A DNA stretch of 64,000 nt from contig NEEC01000004.1 of NCBI GenBank assembly GCA_002189035.1, positions 5,518,001-5,582,000 of the forward strand. The letters are read 5' to 3'. Below, piece by piece: positions 1 through 12,155 of the stretch. Every line of letters begins with the position of its first letter. Position 1 is the stretch's first letter. A program made the translations under genes and the position numbers. The stretch comes from Utricularia gibba (taxonomy: Eukaryota; Plantae; Magnoliophyta). Below the pieces are notes generated by a model that saw only the letters and a list, made by a program, of their open reading frames with translations, was not told where the DNA came from and ran no database searches.

Positions 1-148
1 AAAGTTACAGTCCAAAAATCGAACCACTACCTTCAAATCGGGATGCTCTCTCTTTCAATCCGTGTCTCTTATTTAGGAGTCCTCTCTGCACTTCCGACCC
101 TACCCATCCCTACCACTAAACGCAACTTACAAAGATGCTAACACGCAG

Positions 149-2223
149 GTGGTGTCCACGGAAGCAAGGGCGATGCACAACGGTGGTGTGGCCGGGTTGA
201 CGTATTGGAGTCCAAACGTGAACATTTTCCGTGACCCGAGGTGGGGCCGTGGTCAAGAAACCCCCGGCGAGGACCCTATTCTGGCAGGCCGCTACGCCGC
301 CAGCTACGTCAGGGGCCTGCAAGGGGGCGCTGGTGACCACCTCAAAGTCGCGGCCTGCTGTAAGCACTACACTGCTTATGACCTCGATTCGTGGAAGGGC
401 AACGATAGGTTCCATTTCAATGCCAAGGTAACAACAACCCATCATTCTGAATGCATATCCAGTGTTGATTCGAAAGCTAAGCATGCTGCTTGATGCGGGG
501 ATTTAGGTGAGCAAACAGGATTTGGAGGAAATTTTCAACGTCCCGTTCAAAGCGTGCGTTGTCGAAGGGAAGGTGGCGAGTGTGATGTGCTCTTACAATC
601 AAGTTAACGGCAAGCCCACCTGTGCGGATCCGTCCCTCCTCCGTGACACCATCCGAGGGGAGTGGCGGTTAGATGGGTAAGAACGAACCAGGAATTTTGT
701 TTTCTCTTCTGGAAAGTGTTACCGAAAAAAATGTAGGTACATCGTCTCGGACTGCGATTCTGTCGGAGTTTTGTTCGAGGACCAGCACTTCACTCGCACA
801 CCGGAGGACGCGGCGGCGGCGGCGATCAGAGCTGGTTTGGATTTGGATTGTGGGCCTTTTCTCGCGATTCACACGGAGGCAGCCGTGAGGATGGGGAAAT
901 TGAGGGAGGCCGATATTGATCAGGCCTTGGCTAATCTGCTGACGGTCCAGATGCGTTTGGGTATGTATGATGGGCCTCAAGGACCCTTCTCGAATCTGGG
1001 CCAACAAGACGTGTGTACTTCGGCCCATCAGCAGTTGACCCGAGAAGCAGCCCAACAAGGAATCGTTCTCCTAAAGAACCATAATCGGGCTCTTCCGCTT
1101 TCTACCAAATGGGCCATCGCCGTCGTCGGTCCCCATGCCGAAGCGACGGACGCGATGATCGGAAACTATGCTGGTACCAAATGAGTTTTAAAAAGCATAT
1201 AGTTTTGTCCATGTTGCTTGCTCGTTCCTGATTTCTTTGTTTTTAGGGGTTCCATGCCGCTATACGACGCCATTGGAGGGAATTTCGAAATACGCGAAGA
1301 CGATTCACTCACTGGGGTGCACTACCGTAAGCTGCTCGACGCCTCGGGCGATTCCCCGGGCGTGTGAGGCGGCACGTGAAGCGGACGCGACGGTTCTGTT
1401 AGTGGGTCTCAGCCAGGAATTCGAACGCGAAGCTCTAGACAGAACTGGGCTTTTTCTTCCGGGGCATCAGCAGGAGCTCGTATCACGCGTCGCCAGAGTC
1501 TCGAAAGGACCCGTCGTGCTGGTTATACTCTCTGGCGGCCCAATTGACATATCATTCGCGAAGAATGATCCGAAAATTGCAGCAATTTTGTGGGCAGGGT
1601 ACCCTGGAGAAGCCGGCGGATTGGCAATTGCTGATGTTTTGTTTGGGACCGTAAATCCTGGTGGTAAATTGCCGATGACTTGGTACCCTGAGGATTATGT
1701 AAACAGGGTGGAGATGACGGATATGGCGATGCGTGCGGACAATTCAAGAGGATTTCCCGGTAGAACTTACAGATTCTACAAAGGCCCCGTAGTGTACCCA
1801 TTTGGGTTCGGGCTCAGCTACACGAATTTCAGAGAAACTATAGCTTTGGCCCCCAGGAAAATGACGGTTCCTGTAACTCCCCACAATTTCACATCTTTCG
1901 AAGCCATTGCCATCTCCAACGCATACTGTGATTCCGCGAAGATGCCCCTGGATATCGAGGTGGAGAATGTGGGCGATAAAGATGGATCACACACGGTGAT
2001 GGTGTTCTCCAAAACCAGAAACAAACGTCTCATTGCATTCAAGAAAGTTCATATTTTTTCAGGGGGTGAACACAGAGTACGATTCGACATAGATCCCTGT
2101 GAGCATCTCAGCGAAGTGGATGAACTTGGGGTCCGAAGGATCCCCATGGGAAAACACATTCTTCAAGTTGGTCAACATCTCACTCACACCTTCGAGGTTC
2201 TTCACAATACAGTCGTTCAGTGA
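149..2223 (+). CDS. BXL: Beta-D-xylosidase / alpha-L-arabinofuranosidase (GH3), 5' part lies upstream of window; exons 149-427, 507-676, 737-1173, 1247-2223
   Basis: GH3 motifs [67 protein letters not shown]; GT-AG junctions join the exons in frame; stop TGA 2221-2223. Confidence 0.93.
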
Positions 2224-3260
2224 AGGATGAATGTGGGGTGGGGGTGTCCCAAGATCAAATCTTTTACTCTATGGATATAATCAAAAGTGTATCATATCAA
2301 ATCAATATGATTCTTTCGCTTGCTATGGCTATATCACATGCTACCGACAGTGCAAGTTCGCCTTTTCACACAAGGAGGGCACATGTTTTCCCCGAGAGGC
2401 TAACTAATGTTCAGAGCTCTCTCTCCCCCAAGTCCCCACCTCCTAAGACATCTAAAATATAGGAATATACAATATTGAACCCTATCATAATTACTGTGGT
2501 GATTGAATCAGGAGGCTGGTCTATTTGTAAAGAAGGTAAAGCTGGTATATTTTTCCTTTCCTTCTCCCCTCCTAAAAGCCATGTCTTGTTTTTGTCTTTC
2601 CAGAAACTTGTGTTTCTGGTACCTGGTAGCTATCCGATGGGGGAGGAAGAGGAGGACAAGAGGTTAGCTTTTCTTCTCCTTCCCCACCCCACCAGCAGTG
2701 AATCACAAGAAAAAAAATGATAGTCTACCTTTGTCCTACTTTTGGTTGGATAAGCAAACAAACTAGACAAAAATAACATGAATCTGTCTTGCTGCTAATT
2801 GTGGTTGAATCGGCACAGGCTGAGGCACTCGAGACCTGAATTAAGGGTACAAAACAGTGATGGGCTTGAGCACTTTGCTTAAAAAGAAAAAAAGAATAGT
2901 TGTAGGGGTGAATTTTAAATATTAATTCTGGAGAGAGACCCTGGTCAGCACTCAGCAGCGGCTGCCACCTAGACGACCAGCTCGAGACAGCCACTTAGTA
3001 TTATCATGTACGTGAACAAAGTACCAATCATCTGCAATCATCTTACTCTCAAGGACCTCTATCCACCCCCTCCAAAAAAGGGGGGCCTCTGTGATGTTGG
3101 TTTGCGCCTTTCCGGTCCAACGCAGAGTGCTTTGGTTGATGCCTAGTAACTGTCATCATTCATGCGCCACTCAAAGAGTGAACGCCAAGATTATGATTAG
3201 GTGTATCAGGTTTCGTCTTAGATTGTGAAACTACCACCAAAGCGTTCAACTACCAGCTAC

Positions 3261-3287
3261 CCTCCTCCTCCTCCTCCTCCTCCTCCT
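3261..3287. repeat. (CCT)9 microsatellite
   Basis: Read directly from the sequence. Confidence 0.9.
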
Positions 3288-4622
3288 CTCAGTAGTAATT
3301 AGCTCAAAGTTGTTGAGCGATTTCAAATCGCTACCCAAAAACCAAAATTTTTGTTTAGAAAAAGCAAGTTGGACAAGTTGGGAGCAACTTTTAAAAAAAC
3401 AAGCAATATGTATGGAATGGAAAGAAGCTTGGTCCACATAGAACCTGCATTGACATATGACGCAGCTGCTCAATTCGAACACATCCATCCATTCTGCTAT
3501 ATATTTACCTCCCTCTGACAGATAAGGTCCCCTTTTCACAAAGTTGACTGTAGTAAAAATGGAGTTGCAGCGCTTGTATGCTTCGGCGCCGGTTCTGCTT
3601 TCCCTGTTCATTCCCGTTCTGAAGATTGGTATGCGTATTTAATCTTCAATCCAGAGCGGTTTTGGTACGAAAACTAACCTTCATAGCTCCTGGTGGCAGC
3701 AAACGGGGACGCATGCCCAGAGCTCGGCGCAGCAGGGGTGGTCGCTAACGGCTATCTGCCTCAAGGCGAAGCTGGACAATATGGCAATAACCCTGCTTTG
3801 TTTTTGAAAAAGGCCATTGCCTGTCTCAGTGATCAGCTTGTAGGTGGTCGAATTCTCCTTTTCTTTTTTTTCAATTCTTATCTAGTGTAGCAACCTGTTT
3901 TGAGGGTGGTATTTGGAAACATTTACATATCCATCACATTGAAATCTTGCTGCCTCAAGGCAGATTTACAGCAGCTGCCAAGAATCTTACAGGATAACAC
4001 AGAGCGGGGAACTCGACGTTCCTAGTAAAGACACTGAAGAGTACTGTAACGGGCCATGCGTCCCTGAGACGAAGCATGTGCTGGACTGTATCAACTCTAT
4101 TTTTCACCCCTTTTTATTCTACAACAAAGCCACCCTAAACGATGTTAGGAGAACTATTGACTCTGCCTGCGGCTATGGCCCCTTGAGAGGTCTGCACTCC
4201 GCTTTCAGATTCGACTTTAAACCAACGAGTACTCAGTGATCTTAGTGTTTGTTTTCATAATTACAGAAAAAACACTTGTCTTTTTCAAGTTCTATTTGGC
4301 ATTCATCTGCACGCAGGTGTGATTGTGTGCTGCCATTTTTGTAGATACTTGTCCTATGAACTAAAAGTGAACGCTTTTTTGCGGCTTGAGCAGGTAACTT
4401 CAATGTGGGGGAGCGTGTGGGAGTTCACTATCAGACTAATGGTGTCCTTGAGAATAGGTTGACCACTGCAGTCACCTGCGGGATTATATTTATAGTTGTT
4501 GTCTTAATTGGACCAGGGGTGCTTCTCTAGCTGCACGAATTGAGCTTTGTTTGCAATAATGGCCACAACGCACATTCGATTGAAAACGAGCCACCATCTC
4601 CCCCATCCTTTTACTTTCCAAA

Positions 4623-4735
4623 TCACAGATGGAGACCAGCATCCACTCCCTCACAAGCGTCTTCCCTTACAGATACGCTCGAATCGGGTGCTTGATGGCC
4701 GCCCAAAAGGGCACTCGAACATCTTACTTCATGAT
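4623..4735 (-). pseudogene. Deleted remnant of a QALGGH C2H2 zinc-finger gene, paralog of 5868-6331
   Basis: Minus strand keeps AGTAAGATGTTCGAGTGC (SKMFEC; neighbour has SKMFQC), then TTGGGCGGCCATCAA (LGGHQ) and ends EGVDAGLHL* (neighbour EVVDVGLHL*). The finger core and middle are deleted. Confidence 0.7.
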
Positions 4736-5867
4736 TCTGACCCTAAGATCCAAAAGATCAGAGGATGACGAAAAAGAAGATGGGTCACCTAAAAAACTTG
4801 GTTTGCAGTAGATATTTACTAGTGACATGCAAAACTAACATATAGATACGGGGTTCGACAAGTCTACTCCACACTAAAAAATGAGCCCACTTTTTGGTAC
4901 TCCCGGGGCCACATCTTGCTATACATAAACTTTTCCTCCCTGACACCTCCCTAGTGATCTTTTTTCTCTGGGTAAGATGTAAGAACAACACGATAGGATT
5001 GGTGGATGTGAGATCTCACAAGTCTTTTTTCCTTTTCTTTATTGTGTTAATGTTAAATGGCTCTCACATTAGAAGTACGCACTGCTTTTCCTCAAAAAAC
5101 AACAAAAAAACCTGCTGAGAGTGTCCAATTCTGCCTGAGATGTCGAATTTATTACTAGGAACCAGAAAGAAGAGCAAAATTAAAAAATATTATATTATAT
5201 GGAACCCAACTAAGCCTGCTCAAGGCTTACTTCTGCTCAAAAAATGCCTTGAAAAGCTGCGAGTTTCAGTAATGGGGGCCTAAGTATGTTTTGGTTGGCT
5301 GATGAGAGCGACCTTGGTGCTTCCTTCAGAATTTCTCAACTCCCGATGTGGGTTTTGTCTCAGCTTTCAGACAAAAAACATGTTTTCAGCGGGTGCTCAA
5401 AGTACATTAAACCAAGTCTCAAAGAAATCAATCATCTTTACATCGTCAACTTATATGTAGGGATCCACTAGGGTACCCGAACAGGTTTCCACATTAAAAA
5501 GAAACAAAGGAAAGAAAATAAAGACGAGCCAACATGTTTGTTGTCTGTTTTCTACGTCTCGGTGGAAATGCAGGTCTTGAGGCAAACATTAACTTCGAGT
5601 TTGGTAGCACATTTCCACAAGCACACACGGGGATGTGAAAATACAGACAACCGAAGCGTAGTTTAGCATCTGAAGAATCAAAATTGGATTTGTTCTGTCC
5701 CTCTCTTAATTTTGTCGGAACGCACATTGCATTCGGAGTTTGAACCACGTACATACCACAACAACCACCATCACCACCTAGCAAGTAACTCCAAGAGTGG
5801 CTTAATCTCCAAGATTAGAAATAAAACGTCACTTAAAAGTGGTTACGACCTATGTATCTTGTCTTAG

Positions 5868-6331
5868 TCAAAGATGGAGACCAACATCCACTACCTCTTC
5901 CATTCCACCGGATTCTCTCGGGCCGTCGGTGTCTACGTGCGCCGGCGGTGCGCTCAGAAACCCTACGCACTTCCAAAAAGGGACGCCAAGTAGAAACTCC
6001 GGGGGAGACACGTAAAATCTTGGGTGGGGAGCCTTGCATCAAAGAGGCTATCATCTCCACCTACTCTTCCTGTCGCTAGCCACCCGCGGTTTGGAGGGAA
6101 TCGGATCCTCGGCGTCCGCTGTCGTCTCTTCTTGTGTGCGTTCTGATGGCCACCCAATGCTTGAGGGTTGGGAAATCTCTTGGTGCAGAGTCGGCACTGG
6201 AACATCTTACTCTCTTCCTCATCATTCCCCAACCTGGTGACCGTAAACCCGAACAGCTTGAATGCAGGTGATGGAGAAGGTAGAGAAATAGGCTCACATG
6301 CGACTTGTGCGGTGGGTGGATTTTCCTCCAT
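5868..6331 (-). CDS. Single C2H2 zinc-finger (QALGGH) protein with C-terminal EAR-like motif; one frameshift near 6026-6029
   Basis: CRLCTKRFPNPQALGGHQNAH finger and N-terminal FKLFGF. As written the ORF stops at 5963; adding one base in the run at 6026-6029 gives ...PHPRFYVSPPEF...EEVVDVGLHL* ending at 5868. Confidence 0.85.
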
Positions 6332-8667
6332 TTCGTATTTGGACGTTTGGAAGAGCCTGTAGAGTGTAAAACGAGATGTAGTATTTGTAGTCGTAGATTT
6401 AGAGGCATGGGGAACTTTGGAATTAACTGTAGCATGTGGTACGGCATTGAGGGCTACATTCAACAGGAGCCACATCTTGCAATGCAGGGATATGTACGAT
6501 AGTTTTATCTTTTTGAACACTCTGACATCTCCTACTGATCTTAATTTTTTTCAAACACCTCAACCCGAACTCACATTTGTTGCTCTACAGATTTTCTTTC
6601 TAATGTGAGAGGGCACCTTGGACCGCATGCCACCCGGCTCACAGTTTGATGGCCTAACCTCCATATGATCATAGAGATGCATGATTTAGAGTCTCACGGC
6701 CCCCCTTTACAGCAAGAATGACAAATCACATTGTAAGAGATCTGCACACGCAGTTTATTTGGACTTGAGCCATTTATCTTGATGCATGGGATGTGAGATA
6801 TTCTTGCAATACCATCACCGGACAAGCACAGTGTAAGAGATTTTGCTCGCATCTTGTAGACGTTTTGAGATGTGTTTGCTGTAGGAAAAGGCATCATCTT
6901 GTGTTTAGCGTGGGGGGTACTGATTTTGTCACAAAGAGACCACTCACTTTTTAGCAAGGAGAACTGAAGTACGTGGTGTAAGCCTTTTCTTTCCCCACCC
7001 CCCTTCTGATCGTGCGACAGTGGAAGAGACCAAAAGGAAAATTTAATGACACTAGGGGGCCCTTGCACCAACATCTCATCTCTCTTCTGGAGCCGGAGGG
7101 TGCACGATTCCAGGGCTTGTACACTCACAAAAGTTAAGAGAAGCATTATTGTAGTGCCAATATGTGCCTCCAGTTTTGCAATGAAGGTGAGTGAGGAAAT
7201 CCTTTGAACCCCAAAAGCGACATTAGGCAAATCCCCGACTCCGAGGCCTGCAAGCTGCAGCCCTGATCGGTGCTGCGCAGTTGGAGCAGTGTGTGTAACA
7301 TGTAGGCATGCATTGATTAGGTCTTGATTCATCCATCAGGCTGGGGCGTCGGCGTGTGCTCACTAATTGTCTAGAGTTACGTGTATTTTGACTGCTCCCC
7401 CACCGCAACTTGTTGGCAGCCATTAACAATGCATGCACTGCACTGCACACCTCCCGGTGCCGGAGTGCAGAAAAGAGGAGTTCAAGAGCCGTACCGTCAG
7501 GGTCACATGATTCAGGGCCTGAGTCGCGGCGCGCTTTTCCTAGCCTCACCTTAATTGCAAACTGCTGTCTGAGTTAAGATAAGCAACCAAGATGACGTAG
7601 CACAGCAATCGCCTCCTCCTCCTCCTCCATTACTGTCATTCATGGGTCACATGAATTAATGGCGGCACCATCCCCTGGGCCCATCAAGAATGTTGGGCTT
7701 CCATGGGCTTCTGCGCTGCACGCCACAGGGATCGGGAATGGAAGGGATGCCTCAAAATAGAAACTAACTGTAAATAAAAAAACCCATGGGTTGTCACGTG
7801 TGGTCTTCTTCTAACCAAAATACGTTAAAATGATTCTAGTATTTTGTCCGGAATATTAAAATAATTTAATATTGTATTAAATAGAAATGGGATACGAGGG
7901 AAGAGATTGGATAGGATAGAGAACGGATGAGGATGCGTTGCCAGCCGTTGGATTTGTCTGCGATCTGGATTCCTCTACTTGGCGCCGTCACTGCCACTCG
8001 CTCTCACGGTTTAGGATAGCGCAGGTATGTATCCCATTTATTCATCTATTTTTATTCTTTGAAAAAACCTTATTATTATTATATTATATGTTGCTAATTC
8101 AAACACGAACACTCTTTTTTTTATGGTTTATTTTTAATTATGCCAAAAAAAAAAATCTGCGCCGCGGGAAAATCGATTTGGGTCCCGCTCGCCCGCCTCC
8201 GTTAGAAGCCCTAATTTTGAATGGCGGCAATATGCTACCGGAAATACCCTCCACCCGAAAATGGAGGATTTCACGCGGAGGCGGCAAAACCGGGTTTCGT
8301 AATCATGTCTGTTTTCGTCTTTTCGGCTATTAGGGTTTTTGGTACACTTGTATATAAAAATGGCCTCATTAATAAGATTTCTCCCGGCCATCGCCCACTG
8401 TCTGGTCATTCTTTTCTCGATCTTACCCGAAAAGCTCCTCGGCCTTCCGTCTCATCCGTTCACTTTCCAAGTGCTTCCTCCCTTCTTTCTTCAGCTGGTG
8501 GAGGGAAACCGAATGTGTTTTGAAGCTTGAGCCTGTTTTCACGGAGTGATTTTGTTTCTTGCGTTGATTTTGGAGGTTTTTTCGTGGATTGCGATCCAGT
8601 AGTTTGTTTGCATTCGCTATTTGGTTGATCGACCGCCGATAGTAGCTTCAAACGGTGGTTCGAGGCA

Positions 8668-9419
8668 ATGGATCTGAGTGATAATGTAAGCTTTCGACTT
8701 CATCCTAGTTATGATCGTTTTCTCAAAAGAAAAGAACAAAGTTAGATGCATGTTTCTATACTCTCTGCGTGATTGAGAGAATTTCTGATCATGAATTTGA
8801 AGATCGGTGACTTACCAGATCTTGATTTCTTTTTCCAGGGCTCGGAGTGCGAAGGAATAAGCAATCGAACCCCACCTTTCGATGGGGTTTCATCCGACGG
8901 CTCAAATCTCAAGACGTGTGTTGATTGCGGTACCTCGAAAACCCCACTCTGGCGGGGCGGTCCAGATGGCCCCAAGGTAAGATACAGAGAAACGAATCTT
9001 TCTGCTTTACTGATCGATACCGTTTCTCCCCCAATTGTTCATACCCGGTTTTCGTGCTCTTTGCTGTAGTCGCTTTGCAACGCCTGTGGTATTCGGAGCA
9101 GGAAAAAGAGAAGGGTGCTAATGGGGGACGAAGGAAGAGAAGAAAATGAAGAAAGGAAGAGAAGAAAATCAAGTGTCCGTCTTTAAGCCCCAGAGGTCAC
9201 AACAGCAGCAGCAACAGCGGCGGCCACAGCTGTAGTACGAGCAGCAGCGGCGGCGATGGAGGAGATAGTTTCCCGTTGAAGAACAGACCCTGGGGTGGAG
9301 GTAGCCATTTGGGTCTACAGAAACCGAGATCCAACACAAATCGAAAGAAAAAATTGGGAGAAGAAGAGCAAGCTGCTTTCCTTTTGCTAGCGTTGTCGTG
9401 TGGGTCTGTGTATGGTTAA
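8668..9419 (+). CDS. B-class (LLM-domain, GATA15/16/17-like) GATA transcription factor; exons 8668-8685, 8839-8976, 9070-9419; frameshift near 9165-9168
   Basis: CVDCGTSKTPLWRGGPDGPK|SLCNACGIR zinc finger across a GT-AG intron; C-terminal LGEEEQAAFLLLALSCGSVYG* lies in the -1 frame. Confidence 0.88.
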
Positions 9420-9730
9420 CCCCACCCACATTTACAATCATCCTCCGGTTCCGGTGGTGGTGCGTTTAATACCCCCTCTTTCTTCTTCACGTTTCACCTG
9501 AGAAGAATGCGTGGGATTAGTGTGGACTGTGTTTGAGTGAACGCCACAACATTCGTATTGGGCCCTAAGGAGTTCAGGCCCATAATTAAAGCGACTAACT
9601 TAATTCGGCCCACTTATTTCATTACCAAACACCTTTATTGATGTAACAGAGACGAAAAAGCCAGAGCCGGCTTCTGGGAAGGGGAAACAAGCATCACACG
9701 ACAAGAGCAAGGGAAGCAGGAAAGCGTGAT

Positions 9731-10290
9731 TTAGCAGTATTCGTGGGGGTGGGCAACGAGATGAGCCTCCACAGCCTTGAAAAGAGCCTTGGCCTTTTCC
9801 TTGCCTTCCTTGATCTTGTCCTCGGTGATCTCGTGGGTGCCGGAGACGTAGTACTCGCTGGTGGACTTGATGACGGATCCGGAGCCATGGGCATGGATCT
9901 TGACGGTGGATTTCACCTTCTCCAGCCCAAGGAGCGCGTCGCCCTCCAACACAGTGTACGAGAACACCTTGTTCGCCTCATCCAGTTCATCGATCACGTG
10001 CTTGGAAGTCTTGTAGGCGCTCCCTGGTAGTGGTGACGACACAGCATTCGCGGCGTAAGTACTTGTAGGATGCAAAGGGGGTGATAACATTAAGGTGGAG
10101 AGGTACCTTCGCCGAAGGTGATCAACTTGACGGTGCCGGCCTTGCCATCTCCCTCGACGACCTTGATGCTGCTGAAGGCGGCGGGGACGACCTTGGGGAG
10201 GAGGTTATCTCCGTCGAGGACGAAGGCCTTGAAGAGCCTCTCCGGCGGGATGGCGCAGTGGACTTCCTGTTCGTGCTTGATCAGACCCAT
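9731..10290 (-). CDS. PR-10 / Bet v 1-like protein, copy 1; exons 10290-10107, 10023-9731; 158 aa
   Basis: P-loop EGDGKAGTVK, ERLFKAFVLDGDNLLPKV, C-terminal LFKAVEAHLVAHP; intron at the conserved codon-62 position. Confidence 0.93.
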
Positions 10291-10375
10291 GTTCTCACTC
10301 CTGGATATGAACTGAACAAGGCTGTAAGTACTCGCGTGTGTTGAGTGTGCTCAACTGTGGTGCGCACTGCCTCCA

Positions 10376-10381
10376 TTTATA
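10376..10381 (-). promoter_or_regulatory. TATA box of PR-10 copy 1
   Basis: TATAAA on the minus strand ~85 nt upstream of the ATG. Confidence 0.6.
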
Positions 10382-11114
10382 GGCACAAATCCATTTCTTT
10401 GTTTCCCATACAATCTGACTATTCTCATTCTGAATTGTCAGCCAGTCCTGTTCAGCAATCCAAACCTTGTAGGTACTTTTCCAATCCGGAGGCTTGTGCC
10501 TGGGATCCCATCCCTACCCTACCCGCTCCCATTAGTTTAAGAAAACATTAGCAAGTAGGCAAATGTGGAGCCATTTCCGAGATATTTAGATGAATAGTTA
10601 ATATTGGAAGAAACTCGAGTGAACTGGAAGTTATACTATTCACGCAAAGCATCAATTCATGTAGAAGATTCACGGAAATATACTTGCATTTATGCACCCG
10701 GATAGTTGATCAAGAACAATTTTGTGCATCTCTGACCATCTTTCTTTTCGGCTATTTATGGTTTGGCTGCTAATCATTATTGATTGAATATAATTCTATT
10801 TGCATTGCTTCTTCACCCTTTTTATTCCTGGAGTGTTTGAAGCAGTCGCTTCTTTTCCTTTTTCTTTTTCTGAATGAAAAATACCCATGCTGAAAATTCG
10901 CATAGAATACGCGTATGAGTGTTTTCTAGAATAAAAAAAAAAAAAAAAGAAAACTCGTCCTTGAATTATTGGCATGGCCATGGCGTTCGAAGATCCGCCC
11001 ATGGAAAATATCCATGACCTGGAAGAACGCCAACGATGAATATTATTACTCTTTGGGAAAGGAAAATGGGAGAATAGTCAGATTGTGTGGGAAACAAAGA
11101 AATGGATTTGTGCC

Positions 11115-11120
11115 TATAAA
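11115..11120 (+). promoter_or_regulatory. TATA box of PR-10 copy 2
   Basis: CCTATAAATGG ~85 nt upstream of ATG 11206. Confidence 0.6.
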
Positions 11121-11205
11121 TGGAGGCAGTGCGCACCACAGTTGAGCACACTCAACACACGCGAGTACTTACAGCCTTGTTCAGTTCATATCCAGGAGTG
11201 AGAAC

Positions 11206-11764
11206 ATGGGTCTGATCAAGCACGAACAGGAAGTCCACTGCGCCATCCCGCCGGAGAGGCTCTTCAAGGCCTTCGTCCTCGACGGAGATAACCTCCTCCC
11301 CAAGGTCGTCCCCGCCGCCTTCAGCAGCATCAAGGTCGTCGAGGGAGATGGCAAGGCCGGCACCGTCAAGTTGATCACCTTCGGCGAAGGTACCTCTCCA
11401 CCTTAATGTTATCACCCCTTTGCATCCTACAAGTACTTACGCCGCGAATGCTGTGTCGTCACCACTACCAGGGAGCGCCTACAAGACTTCCAAGCACGTG
11501 ATCGATGAACTGGATGAGGCGAACAAGGTGTTCTCGTACACTGTGTTGGAGGGCGACGCGCTCCTTGGGCTGGAGAAGGTGAAATCCACCGTCAAGATCC
11601 ATGCCCATGGCTCCGGATCCGTCATCAAGTCCACCAGCGAGTACTACGTCTCCGGCACCCACGAGATCACCGAGGACAAGATCAAGGAAGGCAAGGAAAA
11701 GGCCAAGGCTCTTTTCAAGGCTGTGGAGGCTCATCTCGTTGCCCACCCCCACGAATACTGCTAA
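11206..11764 (+). CDS. PR-10 / Bet v 1-like protein, copy 2 (same protein as copy 1); exons 11206-11389, 11472-11764
   Basis: Same motifs; 184+293 nt = 159 codons; GT-AG intron. Confidence 0.93.
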
Positions 11765-12155
11765 ATCACGCTTTCCTGCTTCCCTTGCTCTTGTCGTGTG
11801 ACGTTTGTCCATCTCCGTTGAGTGTCTCTGGCTTTTTCGCCTCTGTTCCATCAATAAAATGATCCCACTGTGGGATACAAGTTCTACTCTTCTTGCCCAC
11901 AAAAAAAGTTCCCATCTTCCGCTAGTCTCCCATAAGCTGTTAGCTTATCGAACTACCAAAACATCAGATTCAAATCAATGCAAAACACTATTTCATGCAA
12001 TTGATGCTGCTCCAACTACTTACAACATTTAAAACTCCCACCAGCTTTTGGTGCTATTTAATAAGTTCAGGGATTCCAATGGATCTATATAAACATCACC
12101 CGCAAACTCAACTTTCAGGGGATCACAGTCAATTTTCTTCTGACGGGAGGATATC

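Larger units (their letters stand above)
9694..11801. repeat. Near-perfect inverted repeat: arms 9694-10426 and 11070-11801, unique 643-bp spacer
   Basis: The arms are reverse complements over promoter, both exons, intron and 3' UTR. Only two differences were noticed: 10409 vs 11087, and a C5/C4 run in the intron. Confidence 0.95.

Noticed and set aside
3246-4100. ORFs 3246-3611 (-) and 3693-3890 (+), exon-like patches, repeated CTGCCTCAAGGC and a short AGCGATTT-C-AAATCGCT hairpin
   Set aside because: No recognisable domain and no consistent splice model; the poly-Arg comes from the CCT microsatellite; short matches are expected by chance.
6694-7332. 212-aa minus-strand ORF
   Set aside because: No motif or domain, composition not protein-like, no splice context; treated as a chance ORF, although transcription cannot be excluded.
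6600-7800. Possible miRNA precursor in the long intergenic stretches (also 62600-64000)
   Set aside because: No match to the conserved mature miRNAs I checked from memory and no clear long stem by eye; needs folding and sRNA data.
10924-10931. TTCTAGAA heat-shock-element-like palindrome in the PR-10 spacer
   Set aside because: Only two nGAAn units; too short to support a call.
9743-11902. Antisense and alternative-frame ORFs over the PR-10 genes
   Set aside because: Shadow ORFs of GC-rich coding sequence, duplicated by the inverted repeat.
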